This document shows, in pieces, positions 36,537 to 47,747 of a stretch of DNA of 64,000 bases (position 1 is the stretch's first letter; each line of letters begins with the position of its first letter). The notes below the pieces were generated by a model that worked only from the letters and a program-made list of their open reading frames with translations, searched no databases and was not told the origin of the DNA. The position numbers were made by a program, and so were the translations under genes. This stretch comes from Diplonema japonicum. Taxonomy: Eukaryota > Protista > Euglenozoa: Diplonemea. The stretch lies in the NCBI GenBank assembly GCA_964019335.1, contig OZ025709.1:442389-506388 (forward strand), written 5' to 3'.

Positions 36537-39500
36537 ATGGATGTTGGTGTCATCTATTATCCCCTTTCCCTTTTATCTTTCTCCTTCCCCTCCTTCCCAA
36601 AGTTTTACCCGCTGCGTCGGCTGGTGGGGAAATCAACACTCTCGTTTGACCTACCCGAACCTACTCGAAGAATCCCACCTCTGCCGACAAGTATGCAGCG
36701 ACGCAGAATGGTAGCAACACAAGATAGAAAGCCCCATTTATTTGTTTCTGTTGTTTCATTCACACGCGCCACTATCACCACCCCATCAGGTCAGATGGTC
36801 TTCAGGCATGCCCCCATTGAACAGACTGCAGAAGAAGATGGGCTCGCATTCCTCAACACATTGCGGCAGAAGGCAAAAGCTTTGAAATTCATGAGCACAG
36901 AAGAGGTGCTAACCTTCGTGGAGTGGTTCAGACTGAACGAGGTGAGATTCCCGGCACTACTTAAGAATTCTAAAACCAAGACGCGGGGCCTGCTGCTCCT
37001 TTCTGCGTGTGATCTGCTGAAGGTGCTGCGTGAGTCGCTAAAGGACTGTGCGGAGGGCGACACAAGGGACATCGTGGTGATGAACAACATACACCTGTAC
37101 CGTGTAGTGGCCTCCTTGGTGGCGCAGCTTGCCATGTGCGACGAAAGAGACGATGATGATAATGCAGAACAATTGCATGACTTCCGGACACTCGTGACAA
37201 GCCTGGAGAGATACAAGATGTTCATGCACACGTCGTCGGAAACGGACCACGAAGTCATCACCAAGGTGGGCAGGGTTATCGGAAGCATTCCCTGGGATGT
37301 TGCTGCAGTGTCCGATGTTCTCAAGACAAAGGCCTTCGATTCTCAGCATCTGAAGTACCTGCTTCTGGTGAGTATGCTTGCAACGAAAGATCGCAACCTC
37401 AAAAACGGACAAGAGTGTCCCAAGGGAACGAGTCTCTCTGAGCTGGACAAGCTTCTGGCGGATAAGATGGGGCGTGAGGTGCTGGACACTGTGAGGAGTG
37501 ATGGAGAAGGGGAGTCGCTTGTTTCGCAGATGAAGGCCTTTAAGCACACGGTGAACTATTTGAGCATACTGCTGAAAAAGTCGAAAGAGACGTTAGGATA
37601 CGAAAAGCTGCAGAACGAGGTTAATGCTGTCGGTGACTCACAGGTGAAAGAGTACAAGCACAATCAAGATGTACTGAAGACGCTTGTTTCGCAGATAAAG
37701 GCTTTTAAGCACACGGAGAAATGTATGAGCATACTGTTAAAAGAAACGTTAGAATACGCAAGGCTGCAGAACGAGACAGAGTTCAAAAAGCTGCAGAACG
37801 AGGTTAATGATCTCGATGACCCACAAGTGAAAGAAATGTCTCGGCAACTCGAGTTGTACAAGCACAATCAAAAGCTGCTGCTGGCCGGCACAATCGGAAC
37901 CGATCGTCCCGATGCCGCCGTTTCAGAGTCGCAAGACTTCATGAAGGACACTCTGTCGTTCCTCAAGAGGTTAGAGAACGATGTAGCGCAGTGCACAGCA
38001 AGTGACAAGATTGCAATGTTGCTGACGTTCGCGGAGGGGTTCAAGCTGACTTCACTATCCGAGGTTCGGGAGTATACGTTGATCGCTGTGTGCGAGCTTC
38101 TGAGGGTGTTGCAGCAGTCGCTGGGGGACAGTGCGGAGGGCGACGCAGGGGACATCGTGGTGATGAACAACATATACTTGTACCGTGTGGTGGCCTCCTT
38201 GGTGGCGCAGCTTGCCATGTACGACGCAGGAGACGGCATCACCCATGCAGAACAACTGGATGACTTCCGGACACTCGTGACAAGCCTGGACACGGAGAGA
38301 TACAAGATGTTCATGCACGCGTCGTCGGAAACGGACCACGAAGTCATCACCAAGGTGGGCAGGGTTATCGGAAGCATTCTCAGCGACTTTGCTGCAGTGT
38401 CTGATGTTGTCGCTCTCAAGACAAAGGCCTTCGATTCTCAGCATCTGAAGTATCAGTTTCTGGTGAGTGTGCTTGAAGCGAAAGATCCTGACCTCGTAAA
38501 CGCGAAAGATCCCGACCCCGTAAACGCGAAAGATCCGAGCAGCCCTCAGGAGCAACCTCGTATTGCGAAAGATTTGAGCAACCTGCAACCTCGTAATGCG
38601 GAAGATTTGAGCAACCTGCAACCTCGTAATGCGGAAGATTTGAGCAACCCTAAGGAGCTACTTGTACGTAATGCGAAAGATCTGAGCAACCTCCAGAAGA
38701 TCCACGAAGAAGAGTGTCCCGAAGGAACGAGTCTCTCTCTTCGTGCGTCGCTGTGGGTAGGGACTCTTGTTGACCTGCTGGTGTTTTCCCGTGTCGTGAA
38801 AGCGAAGCCAAGCAACAAGGAAGGGGAGGAGAGCCTTGTTCACAGCAACGGAGTTCTGTACCAAAGGATTCCTATTCTGGGGGAACAGCAAGGGATCATG
38901 CAGTTCCCTGATGAGGTGAGGAAAACGGTGGTGGACTGTTTGATGGGTCTCCTGAAGCGTGATCGCGTGACACCTGATGAGCTGATGGCATTGTTGACAG
39001 AAAAGAACAAGATGATTGTGGACAAGTTGACGAAGGCGATCGGTAAGAGCAGTGCGAAGGTGCGGCACAAGGCAGTTCTTGCCTGCTACGAGGTGATTGA
39101 TAGCGGGGAGCTGGACAAGCCTCTGGCGGATAAGATGGGACGTGAGGTGCTGGACACTGTGAGGAGCGATGGAGAAGGGGAGTCGCTTGTTTCGCAGATG
39201 AAGGCCTTTAAGCACACGGTGAACTATTTGAGCATACTGCTGAAAAAGTCGAAAGAGACGTTAGGATACGAAAAGCTGCAGAACGAGGTTAATGCTGTCG
39301 GTGACTCACAGCTGAAAGAAATGTCTCGGCGGGCACTCGAGCTGTACAAGCACAATCAAGATGTACTGGCCACTATCGGACTTTGTTCCAATGCCGCCGC
39401 CGTTTCAGGACCCCAGCTTCCCGCGCGAAATGGGTTGCAAGACTTCGCGAATGACATCCTGTCGTTCCTCAGGGGGTTAAAGAACTGGGCAAAGGATGTA

Positions 39501-42500
39501 GCGCAGTGCGAGGCAAGTGAGAGGGTTGCAAAGTTGCAGAACTTCGTGAAGGGGTTCAAGCTGAACGAGGTGAAGCTCTCGTCGCTACCCGAGATTCGGA
39601 GCAGCAAGCTAGCGGCGGAGTACATGTTGGAAGCTGTGTGCGAGCTTCTGAGGGTGTTACAGCAGTCGCTGGAGGACAGTGCGGAGGGCGACGCAGGGGA
39701 CATCGTGGTGATGAACAACATATACCTGTACCGTGTGGTGGCCTCCTTGGTGGCGCAGCTTGCCATGTACGACGTAGGAGAACTGGATGACTTCCGGACA
39801 CTCGTGACAAGCCTGGACACGGAGAGATACAAGATGTTCATGCACGCGTCGTCGGAAACGGACCACGAAGTCATCACCAAGGTGGGCAGGGTTATCGGGA
39901 AGAGCATTCTTAGCGACGTTGCTGCAGTAGCGTCTAGTGTTGTCGCTCTCAAGACATTCGGCTTCGACACGAAGACGTTTGAGGCAGCTGGGCGTGGCGT
40001 CGTGGGCTTGATCAACATCAGCGACACTTGGAACACACAAGAAGAGGTGAAGACAGCAGCAACGTGCAATGCCCTATCTCAGCGTTTGAAGTACCTGCTT
40101 CTAGTGAGTTCGACAACAAATGATGGGACGAAAGCAAGTGAGTACCTGAAGAATCTCGTGAAAAGGTTCCACGAGAAAATGAAACAGGGCATAGGAAAAA
40201 AGGCTCTTCCTGCTTCGCTGTGGGCAGGAACCCTTGCTGACCTGCTGGTGTTCTCCCGTGTCGTGTCGTCGGAGCCAACGAACGGGACAGAGTATGAGAG
40301 CCTCATCCACAGCAACGGGGTTCTGTACCAAAGGATCCCTGTTGCAGGGGAGCAACAAGTTGTTACACAATTCCCACCCGGCGTGAGGAAGGAAATGGTG
40401 AACTGTTTAATGAACCTTCTAAAGCAGGGTCGCACGACACCAAGACAACTGAAAACACAACTTGTGGAAGCGACCAAATTCTTGGGAGAGGTTCATGATG
40501 AGGCCAGCAAGATCGTGGAATCTGAGGAACTTGCAGAAAAGCTGAAGGGGATATTCGACGAAGAAAAGATCAAAACCCTGAAAGCCTTTGACGAAGGAAT
40601 GCAGGCAGTTGTGGTGGGACTGACGGCGTCCTCTGGGGGCAACAAGGGAGCTAGTGTGCGGCACAGGGCAGTTCTTGCTTGCTACGAGGTGGTCGAGAGT
40701 GGGGAGTTGGACTGCGAACTGGCGAAAGAAATGTTCAAAGAAATGCTGGAAACATTAGGGAGCGAGAATGAAGGGAAGCGCCTGGAGCTGGCAGGCCGAG
40801 TGTTTGGGAAGGCGAGGCAGTACCTGAGGATGACGCTGCGGACAGAGGCGGAGACCTACAAGAATGACATGGAGGAGCTGCTACAGGAAGTGGAGAAGCT
40901 TCTGGAGCATCGAAGGGGAGTTTCGAACGAGGAGGCTAGAAACCACGTCGACAGACTTCTGAAAGAGGCGCAGAAGGCGGTGCAGGTGTATGCAACGAAC
41001 CTCGAGGGATTGAACGCGATAGCCGGGACGACCCTGCTCCTCACGGCAAGTATCTTCGACAGGGTGGCAGGGATCGACAGGCAGCTTCAGGACATGAAGA
41101 AGGAGGTGAGTGACATCCACACCTACCTCAAGCTGTACAGGAAGTTGGGCAACGACATCACAGCTTTGTATGACAATAGAGACTTCGGCCAGTGTGACAG
41201 GTACTCCTTCATGAGTGTCACAGGAACCATCAGTTGTAAGGAAGAAATTGGAAGTCCTTCAGAATTTGCAAAACAATTAAGGGACGAGCTTTTTGAAGTG
41301 AAGAGTCATATCTTCGGTATGCACTGGGGCAAGGAGTTCATGTCTCTGGTGGAGAAGGAGCTGTGGAAGCTGTATTTTTCAGAAGAAAAAGAAATCCAGC
41401 AGAGTTCTGGGCAGAAGAAGTCCAGCAGAGTTCTGCTTCCTCTTCATGTATTCATGCCTGCGACGAAGAAGCCGACGACAAACCTTGTTGAGGAGGCCCT
41501 GTTGCAGCAGCACAGGTTCACGATGAGGAACGTTCAGCGTCTTCAAGAGAAGACAAAGGAAACGAAGGTGCACCTGGTGCTGATCCTCGTGGGGTACTCG
41601 TTCCTCGACAAGGAGTTCCATTTGGATTCGATGAGGGAGAAGAACAGGCTTCACGAGTGGGGCAATCCCACCATCTTGGTGGCTGCAGACACTGCCGTTT
41701 TTGAGTACACCCTAGAAATGCTGTTTGGGACCAAGATGGACGATCAGCGCAAAAGCTGTGAGGTGTACAAGATGAAAGATATGACGATCGAAGACACAAG
41801 TCAGGTGCTCGGCACGGAGGATGCGTCCATTGGGTCGGTGCTGAGGGGTGCGCTGCTGTTCCCGATGTTCTGTGAGGAAACCATCAAGAGCCCACATGTG
41901 GGGGACCTTTCGCTTCGCATGCTTCTATCCCTCGTGAAGGCTATTAACGCGGACGACAACAAGCAAGGGTTTTGGTCGCTTGACAACGTTGAGGCTCGTA
42001 AATTTGGGTCCAGTCTGCTGGAGTCTGTGACGAAAGAACAAAAAAGCCTAAAAGAAGACTTTGCAGCTCTAGGTGAGTTAGAAGATCAGAGGGATGTGTC
42101 GTGGGATAAGTTAGTATCAAATGTGATGGAAAAGGTCGCGAAAGAGAAATGGTCCAAGTCGTCGGCCACCCTTACGAAGCTGAAGAAGCTCAACGACTTC
42201 AAGAATGTCGACAAGCTGAAGGAGAAGGAGATGGACGCAGAATTCCTGATAACCTGTTTAGAGGAGTACCTCCGACTGTCGTTGAAGGAGCTGAACACGA
42301 AGCATCCCTCCATCACCGATGGAGACCTCATCGGCCTTATGATGCACTACAACTCCCTCCTTGCCCTTGACATGACACGGCGCCACTCATTGCAGGCACC
42401 CTACAAGAGCAGGTGCAATAGTTTTCTGGAGACAAAACACACAGAGTACGACGTCAATAAGCTGGACCAGCAGCTGGTGCGCGACTTGTTCACAGCCTCT

Positions 42501-45500
42501 CCAGTAAAAGTCAAGGACGGCAAGAAGGGGGACACAGGGAGGATGTACGAGTTTATGTACCCGTGGATGCAAAAGATGTTCACCGCGATCGCCGTTCGCG
42601 ACAAGCTGATGCAGATCCCCCTAAACCGCTGCTGCACGAGGTTCTTCGTGTCTGTGTTCTTGGAGATGAAGCCCGAACCACATCTGAGTCATTCTGAACA
42701 AACGCAGAAAATATGGGCATACTTCCGGAAGCACAAGGAACTGATGTTGATGAAGGTGAAGGGTGCCTTGGCCTCAAGAACAAATAAAATGGATGATAAT
42801 ACGATCTCAAAATTCCTTGTCGGGGCATGTAGGGCGTGCACGAAAAAGGAGCCGTGGAATGTGTTGATGGAGGATCTGAAGAACTACCCTGATACCTTGG
42901 ATGTGTTCTTGGCGGGCATGGTGAGGAAGAAGGATAAGGAAAAAAAAGAGAACGAACTGGTGTGGTTCAGGGACACGCTGTACTCTCTTGTGGAGCTGTC
43001 GAAGCTGCCGTGGTGCAAGGTTCCTGCCGCTGTGGCGATCACGATCCTGTCGGCAGACGACAGCTTTAGTGGGATGAACCTGAGAGGGATCAGAGTGGAC
43101 GGAGCGTACCTTGAGGACGGCATCTTCGACAAAGCTGATATCGTCCCAAACCAGCGAGGTTCGGTTTCCAAAGAATTACAAAGGGTGTTCCTCCCGCATA
43201 GCTACCGGATCCCTAGATGCAAGATGTTGACCGACGAACTGCTTTCGTTAGCGGTCTTCACGGATGACAATGGTGCTGATATCGTGGCTGAGGTGTATGA
43301 AGACAAGGTGGTATTGCTACATGGATATAAGGAAGTGGCCAAGGTGCAGCTACATATACCCGTTGGCAAAACGGCACTCCTGAGCAGGATAGTGCGGAGG
43401 GGCACCTCGCGTGTTCTTTTCGTCGCTTACACAAAGGGCGAAGAGTTGGTGATCAGGGATGTGGTGGTGGCGAAGAACCCAGCAGTACACGAAGTAGATA
43501 ACATCCCGAATGCCGGACAGCTTGTGAGTATCTCGCATGATGGTTCGGTGTGGTGTGTGCGTTTAAAAAAAGGTGTCAAGGAGCTGATACAAGTACAGGG
43601 AAAAATTACGAAAAGGTACAAGAAAAACTACACTGGCAACCTAAAAGACGTGTGTTTGCTACAGCAGCGCCATCTCTGCTGGATAGATACCAATGGGAAG
43701 GTTGACACGTGGAACTTTGAGGAGGAAAATAAGAATAAAAAACAAAACAATGAAAAAGTCGAGGTACAAAACAATGAAAAAGCCAAGGAACAAACCTTGT
43801 ATGGTGAAACTGATAGTGAAACCGAGGGACAAACCTGCAGTGAAACTGGTAGTGACAACAAGAATCAAATCAGCATTGGTGAAACCGATAGTAGGGGTGA
43901 AGCCGAGGCAAAAACCGATGGTGAAGTCGATTTAGAAACCAATGGTGCCGAGGAAATCGGTAGGGAAGTCGAGGAAGAAACAAATAGTGTCGAAGAAATC
44001 GGTAGGGTAGTCGAGGAAGAAACCAGTGGTGAAGCCAAGGCAGAAACCAATGGTGTCGAAGAAATCGGTAGGGTAGTCGAGGAAGAAACCAATGTTGTCG
44101 AAGAAACTGGTAGTGAAGTCGAGGAAGAAACCAGTGGTGAAACCATGGCAGAAACCGATGGTGTCGAAGAAATCGGTAGGGTAGTCGAGGAAGAAACCAG
44201 TGGTGAAGCCAAGGCAGAAACCAATGGTGCCGAAGAAATCGGTAGGGTAGTCGAGGAAGAAACCAATGGTGTCGAAGAAACTGGTAGTGAAGTCGAGGAA
44301 GAAACCAGTGGTGAAACCAAGGCAGAAACCAATGGTGCCGAAGAAATCGGTAGGGTAGTCAAGGAAGAAACCAGTGGTGAAGCCGAACAAGAAATCAAAG
44401 CACTCACACCAATGACGACGAGCAGCCTGCTTACCTGGAGCAAGGGCAGCAACGACAACGACTGGCAATGCACCGAGGTTCATGTGGGCGAAGAAAATAG
44501 AAAAGAGAAGCTCTTCATATACCACGATGCAACGGGGCGGGAAGAGGCCCCGCGACACGTTGTGCCAGGCACCGGCTCGTTACTGCTTGTGAGAGGGGAG
44601 AACGGAGAGAACTACAGCTGGGAACTGAGGGAGAAAAACAGGGAAAAAGAAAAGACTGTGGTTAAGCTGTACACAAGGGTCTTTGGACAAGAGAACAAAA
44701 GGCTGAATGTCCGCAACATGTACGTTTCAGCCCGTCGCGTGTATTACCATCTCGAGGACACCAACAGGTTGGTGATCATGAAACTCCCGAAGAAGGAACC
44801 CGCCCTTTACGGCCATGCACAACAAGCTGTTGTCTCGGATGACGGCAACCAGGTGGGAGCACTGGTGCGTAGCTGCGGGGACGGCAAGGCAGGCGTTGTG
44901 GTGTACCACAGGGTGACAGGTGATGTGAGCAGTCTCGTGAAGACGTTAAACGCCGAGGACCCCGTCATCAAGTGGAACAAGGAGAAAAACCTGTTCGAGG
45001 TGCTTATGGGAACCGGCAAAAGCAACCGAACATTCGATGTTGTAAAGGTGGGGATGCAGACGCTCGAGGCTACGGAACATAAACCAACAGAAGATCATCA
45101 AAGCGAATGTCAGGAGCGTTGTGCAGGAACCGATGACAAAAGCAATCGGGTACCATGGGAGTACAAAACCACCCCCACGAGACTGGACGAAACAGTGTAC
45201 TCTGAGGTGGAGTGTGAAAAATCCTGTGACACGGTATGCATGAAGAAGGTGCTGAAGAAAGACGGAACAGTTGCACTGCAGGTGACAAAGAGGGGTGTTA
45301 CGGAGGAGCTCTTGAGGGCCTCGAAAATAGATTGCTGCAATGCATCGAAAAGAACCCTTGTGGCGGTTGCAAGTGGGAACCTCTACGTCTGGAGGTGGCG
45401 GCATGCTAGTGAGGCACAGTACAATTACACGCCTCTAGGCTCAAAAGGGGAGTGGTGCATGATCAAGCGGCTCTCTCATTCAGAAACTGTGAACGTCCCT

Positions 45501-45539
45501 GCTTGTGTTGAAAAGCCAGAATGTTTCTACATCAGATAA
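36537..45539 (+). CDS. Giant NLR/STAND-like protein: repeated helical N-terminus, degenerate NACHT, pentapeptide segment, WD40-like C-terminus with acidic insert
   Basis: 3000-codon ORF, real start possibly at ~36796. Motifs in NACHT order: FGMHWGKE..EKELWK, LLPLHVFMP, VHLVLILVGYS, YEFMYPWMQKMF, then AAVAITIL..FSGMNLRGIRVDGAYLEDGIFDKAD. Confidence 0.75.
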   Translation: MDVGVIYYPLSLLSFSFPSFPKFYPLRRLVGKSTLSFDLPEPTRRIPPLPTSMQRRRMVATQDRKPHLFVSVVSFTRATITTPSGQMVFRHAPIEQTAEEDGLAFLNTLRQKAKALKFMSTEEVLTFVEWFRLNEVRFPALLKNSKTKTRGLLLLSACDLLKVLRESLKDCAEGDTRDIVVMNNIHLYRVVASLVAQLAMCDERDDDDNAEQLHDFRTLVTSLERYKMFMHTSSETDHEVITKVGRVIGSIPWDVAAVSDVLKTKAFDSQHLKYLLLVSMLATKDRNLKNGQECPKGTSLSELDKLLADKMGREVLDTVRSDGEGESLVSQMKAFKHTVNYLSILLKKSKETLGYEKLQNEVNAVGDSQVKEYKHNQDVLKTLVSQIKAFKHTEKCMSILLKETLEYARLQNETEFKKLQNEVNDLDDPQVKEMSRQLELYKHNQKLLLAGTIGTDRPDAAVSESQDFMKDTLSFLKRLENDVAQCTASDKIAMLLTFAEGFKLTSLSEVREYTLIAVCELLRVLQQSLGDSAEGDAGDIVVMNNIYLYRVVASLVAQLAMYDAGDGITHAEQLDDFRTLVTSLDTERYKMFMHASSETDHEVITKVGRVIGSILSDFAAVSDVVALKTKAFDSQHLKYQFLVSVLEAKDPDLVNAKDPDPVNAKDPSSPQEQPRIAKDLSNLQPRNAEDLSNLQPRNAEDLSNPKELLVRNAKDLSNLQKIHEEECPEGTSLSLRASLWVGTLVDLLVFSRVVKAKPSNKEGEESLVHSNGVLYQRIPILGEQQGIMQFPDEVRKTVVDCLMGLLKRDRVTPDELMALLTEKNKMIVDKLTKAIGKSSAKVRHKAVLACYEVIDSGELDKPLADKMGREVLDTVRSDGEGESLVSQMKAFKHTVNYLSILLKKSKETLGYEKLQNEVNAVGDSQLKEMSRRALELYKHNQDVLATIGLCSNAAAVSGPQLPARNGLQDFANDILSFLRGLKNWAKDVAQCEASERVAKLQNFVKGFKLNEVKLSSLPEIRSSKLAAEYMLEAVCELLRVLQQSLEDSAEGDAGDIVVMNNIYLYRVVASLVAQLAMYDVGELDDFRTLVTSLDTERYKMFMHASSETDHEVITKVGRVIGKSILSDVAAVASSVVALKTFGFDTKTFEAAGRGVVGLINISDTWNTQEEVKTAATCNALSQRLKYLLLVSSTTNDGTKASEYLKNLVKRFHEKMKQGIGKKALPASLWAGTLADLLVFSRVVSSEPTNGTEYESLIHSNGVLYQRIPVAGEQQVVTQFPPGVRKEMVNCLMNLLKQGRTTPRQLKTQLVEATKFLGEVHDEASKIVESEELAEKLKGIFDEEKIKTLKAFDEGMQAVVVGLTASSGGNKGASVRHRAVLACYEVVESGELDCELAKEMFKEMLETLGSENEGKRLELAGRVFGKARQYLRMTLRTEAETYKNDMEELLQEVEKLLEHRRGVSNEEARNHVDRLLKEAQKAVQVYATNLEGLNAIAGTTLLLTASIFDRVAGIDRQLQDMKKEVSDIHTYLKLYRKLGNDITALYDNRDFGQCDRYSFMSVTGTISCKEEIGSPSEFAKQLRDELFEVKSHIFGMHWGKEFMSLVEKELWKLYFSEEKEIQQSSGQKKSSRVLLPLHVFMPATKKPTTNLVEEALLQQHRFTMRNVQRLQEKTKETKVHLVLILVGYSFLDKEFHLDSMREKNRLHEWGNPTILVAADTAVFEYTLEMLFGTKMDDQRKSCEVYKMKDMTIEDTSQVLGTEDASIGSVLRGALLFPMFCEETIKSPHVGDLSLRMLLSLVKAINADDNKQGFWSLDNVEARKFGSSLLESVTKEQKSLKEDFAALGELEDQRDVSWDKLVSNVMEKVAKEKWSKSSATLTKLKKLNDFKNVDKLKEKEMDAEFLITCLEEYLRLSLKELNTKHPSITDGDLIGLMMHYNSLLALDMTRRHSLQAPYKSRCNSFLETKHTEYDVNKLDQQLVRDLFTASPVKVKDGKKGDTGRMYEFMYPWMQKMFTAIAVRDKLMQIPLNRCCTRFFVSVFLEMKPEPHLSHSEQTQKIWAYFRKHKELMLMKVKGALASRTNKMDDNTISKFLVGACRACTKKEPWNVLMEDLKNYPDTLDVFLAGMVRKKDKEKKENELVWFRDTLYSLVELSKLPWCKVPAAVAITILSADDSFSGMNLRGIRVDGAYLEDGIFDKADIVPNQRGSVSKELQRVFLPHSYRIPRCKMLTDELLSLAVFTDDNGADIVAEVYEDKVVLLHGYKEVAKVQLHIPVGKTALLSRIVRRGTSRVLFVAYTKGEELVIRDVVVAKNPAVHEVDNIPNAGQLVSISHDGSVWCVRLKKGVKELIQVQGKITKRYKKNYTGNLKDVCLLQQRHLCWIDTNGKVDTWNFEEENKNKKQNNEKVEVQNNEKAKEQTLYGETDSETEGQTCSETGSDNKNQISIGETDSRGEAEAKTDGEVDLETNGAEEIGREVEEETNSVEEIGRVVEEETSGEAKAETNGVEEIGRVVEEETNVVEETGSEVEEETSGETMAETDGVEEIGRVVEEETSGEAKAETNGAEEIGRVVEEETNGVEETGSEVEEETSGETKAETNGAEEIGRVVKEETSGEAEQEIKALTPMTTSSLLTWSKGSNDNDWQCTEVHVGEENRKEKLFIYHDATGREEAPRHVVPGTGSLLLVRGENGENYSWELREKNREKEKTVVKLYTRVFGQENKRLNVRNMYVSARRVYYHLEDTNRLVIMKLPKKEPALYGHAQQAVVSDDGNQVGALVRSCGDGKAGVVVYHRVTGDVSSLVKTLNAEDPVIKWNKEKNLFEVLMGTGKSNRTFDVVKVGMQTLEATEHKPTEDHQSECQERCAGTDDKSNRVPWEYKTTPTRLDETVYSEVECEKSCDTVCMKKVLKKDGTVALQVTKRGVTEELLRASKIDCCNASKRTLVAVASGNLYVWRWRHASEAQYNYTPLGSKGEWCMIKRLSHSETVNVPACVEKPECFYIR
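43930..44390 (+). repeat. In-frame acidic tandem repeats (ETNGVEEIGRVVEEETSGEAKA)
   Basis: Alternating 42-bp and 24-bp subunits, directly visible. Confidence 0.9.
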
Positions 45540-45559
45540 ACTCCTTTGTTATTGGAGAG

Positions 45560-45610
<51 letters not shown>

Positions 45611-47747
45611 CGACGGTCCTGAGCTCTGTTTTGACTTGTGGCACTTTCCTGACGTTGAAAGAAATCGAAGTTTTTTCCCCCCCAGTCGTTGCAAGGGCGC
45701 CAGTAAGATGTCACAAAAGAAAGAAAAATAAAAAAGCAGAAAATAAACAAAGAAAGAATGAAAGAGAGGGGGGTGTCGCGAACGAAGTCGCCACAAAACT
45801 AGAGGGAAAAAAGAACAGGGAAAAAAGAAAAACTTTCCATCCCCCCCCTCTTTTCTAATTTTTTTTTCTTTCCTTTTTTATGAGTTCCAAAGCGGGGGGG
45901 GGGGGGGAAGAGGCTCCAGGTGGTGTTTAATTTTTTTTTGCTTCTGTGGCTTTTCCCCATTTCAAGCTAAGCTTTCTTGACCTCTCCACTTTTATTCCTG
46001 TGGGGCCACAGGACTTGGTTCAGCGATGGCAGCGAGAGACTTCCGGACTTGTAGACACAATACTCACGTACTGCAAGGCACTACTAAAATTGGGACAACT
46101 TTTTTTTTTGTGAACGAATAATAAATGAATTGAAAAATCCCCACCAACGTCCTGCAGCCTGATCAAGGCACCCTGCAGAAAAAAAAAAAAAAAAAAAAAG
46201 GGGAAAAAAACACGAGATTCTAAATTCCCCTCACCCTTTTTTTTGACACGATCGCTCCCCTTCCTTTTTACAAGCTATTTGCCGCAGCAAGCAATGACTT
46301 TGCGTACCTTTCTCGGTCCCCCCCCTTTTTTTTAAAAATTTAAAAACTTCGCCGATTTGAGTCATTCTCCGCCGTTGTTTTGAAAAGAAAAGGCAACTCT
46401 CTCTGTCTGTAACACAAGGGTCAATAACGGATTTTAGAGAGGGAGCAGTCGCCGCGAAACTTTAGAAAAAAGAAATTCCATTTTATCTACGTCACATTTT
46501 TTTTAAACATGAAACGATCGCTTTCCCCCCCTTTTTTAAAACGAGAAAACTGGACATTAAAATAGCTATTTATTGCCAACAAATTATGAGTCATTATTTA
46601 ACTCGAGTTCCCGAGTTTTTTGCACTCGGGCCCTGCGACCTAATTTCTGAAGAGTGAAATAATAAAAAAAAAAAAAGAAAAAAAAAAAGGAAAAAAAAAG
46701 AGGTGTTGAGTAAAATTAACCTTTTCCCCCCTTCAAAATGTCAGGTTTTTTTTTTCTACCGAGTTTATTTTGCTCGTTTTTATAGGCAGCAGTACAGAAG
46801 GTCTTTGGCTTCGGTCTCAGGGTGTGAAAACACTTCCTCTTAAGTGAGAAAAGAGGTGTGTACTTTCCCTGCCTTCTCACCTGATGCCAGTGACCGGGGG
46901 GTATTAACTCGTATGTAACATGTTGAGATGCCTGATGCTCCAGAAAGAAACCATAGAAATTTAAAAAAAAGGCACTCCGCATAATTAATTTCCTCCCCTC
47001 CTTTTGCTTGGCAAAGAAAAAAATGTAAACGAAACGAAAAATTTTAACATTTTTTATTTTAACGCCCCCTCCCCCCTTTTGTCTTTCTTTCCTCCCCTTC
47101 CCCCCCTTTTCTATTTTTCAGCAAACCACAGAACCTCACCGACAAGGTCGCTACCCATATAAAACACAAGATGGATGCAGACTATGATTCTTCTACACAT
47201 GCGGAGGGGCGACGTTGTGCCAACCCCTGTGCCGACTCCTCCACCGTGCCGCGCCTTGTTCCTGCCACTGCCTCGATGTCTGGCAAAATCGTCGGGTTGG
47301 TGCAGTAAACCCCAAGCCCGCGGTGCAGTAAGAACCCCGTGGTAATCCGCAAGCCAACGATTGTAAGCCGGCAACAAAAGGATCCCAGCATGCGACGGCC
47401 TCTGGTCGGGCTATGTGATTCGCCCCTAGGTACCGGGTCGTTCTCCTTTTCTAGATTAGTAACTCTAATGGAAGAAGGCCGTTCTGCTCTAAGCAGGAGG
47501 AGAGTAGAGAGGGTATTACCGATCCCTTGCAACCTCTGCCCCTGCATGCTTCCCTCTTGGGACTGCCCTATTCTCAAAGAACCTTTCGTCGGAACCCGAC
47601 TCGTGTTTCTTTTCCATACAGCCCGCGACCGCAAGCGGAAGAGGAGATAAGAAAGAAATAAAGAAAACAATAATAACATATCTGTAAGGAGCGGAGGAAG
47701 CTTACTTAAACCCCTTTCACGTATTCCATACAGTTGACCACTGTGCT

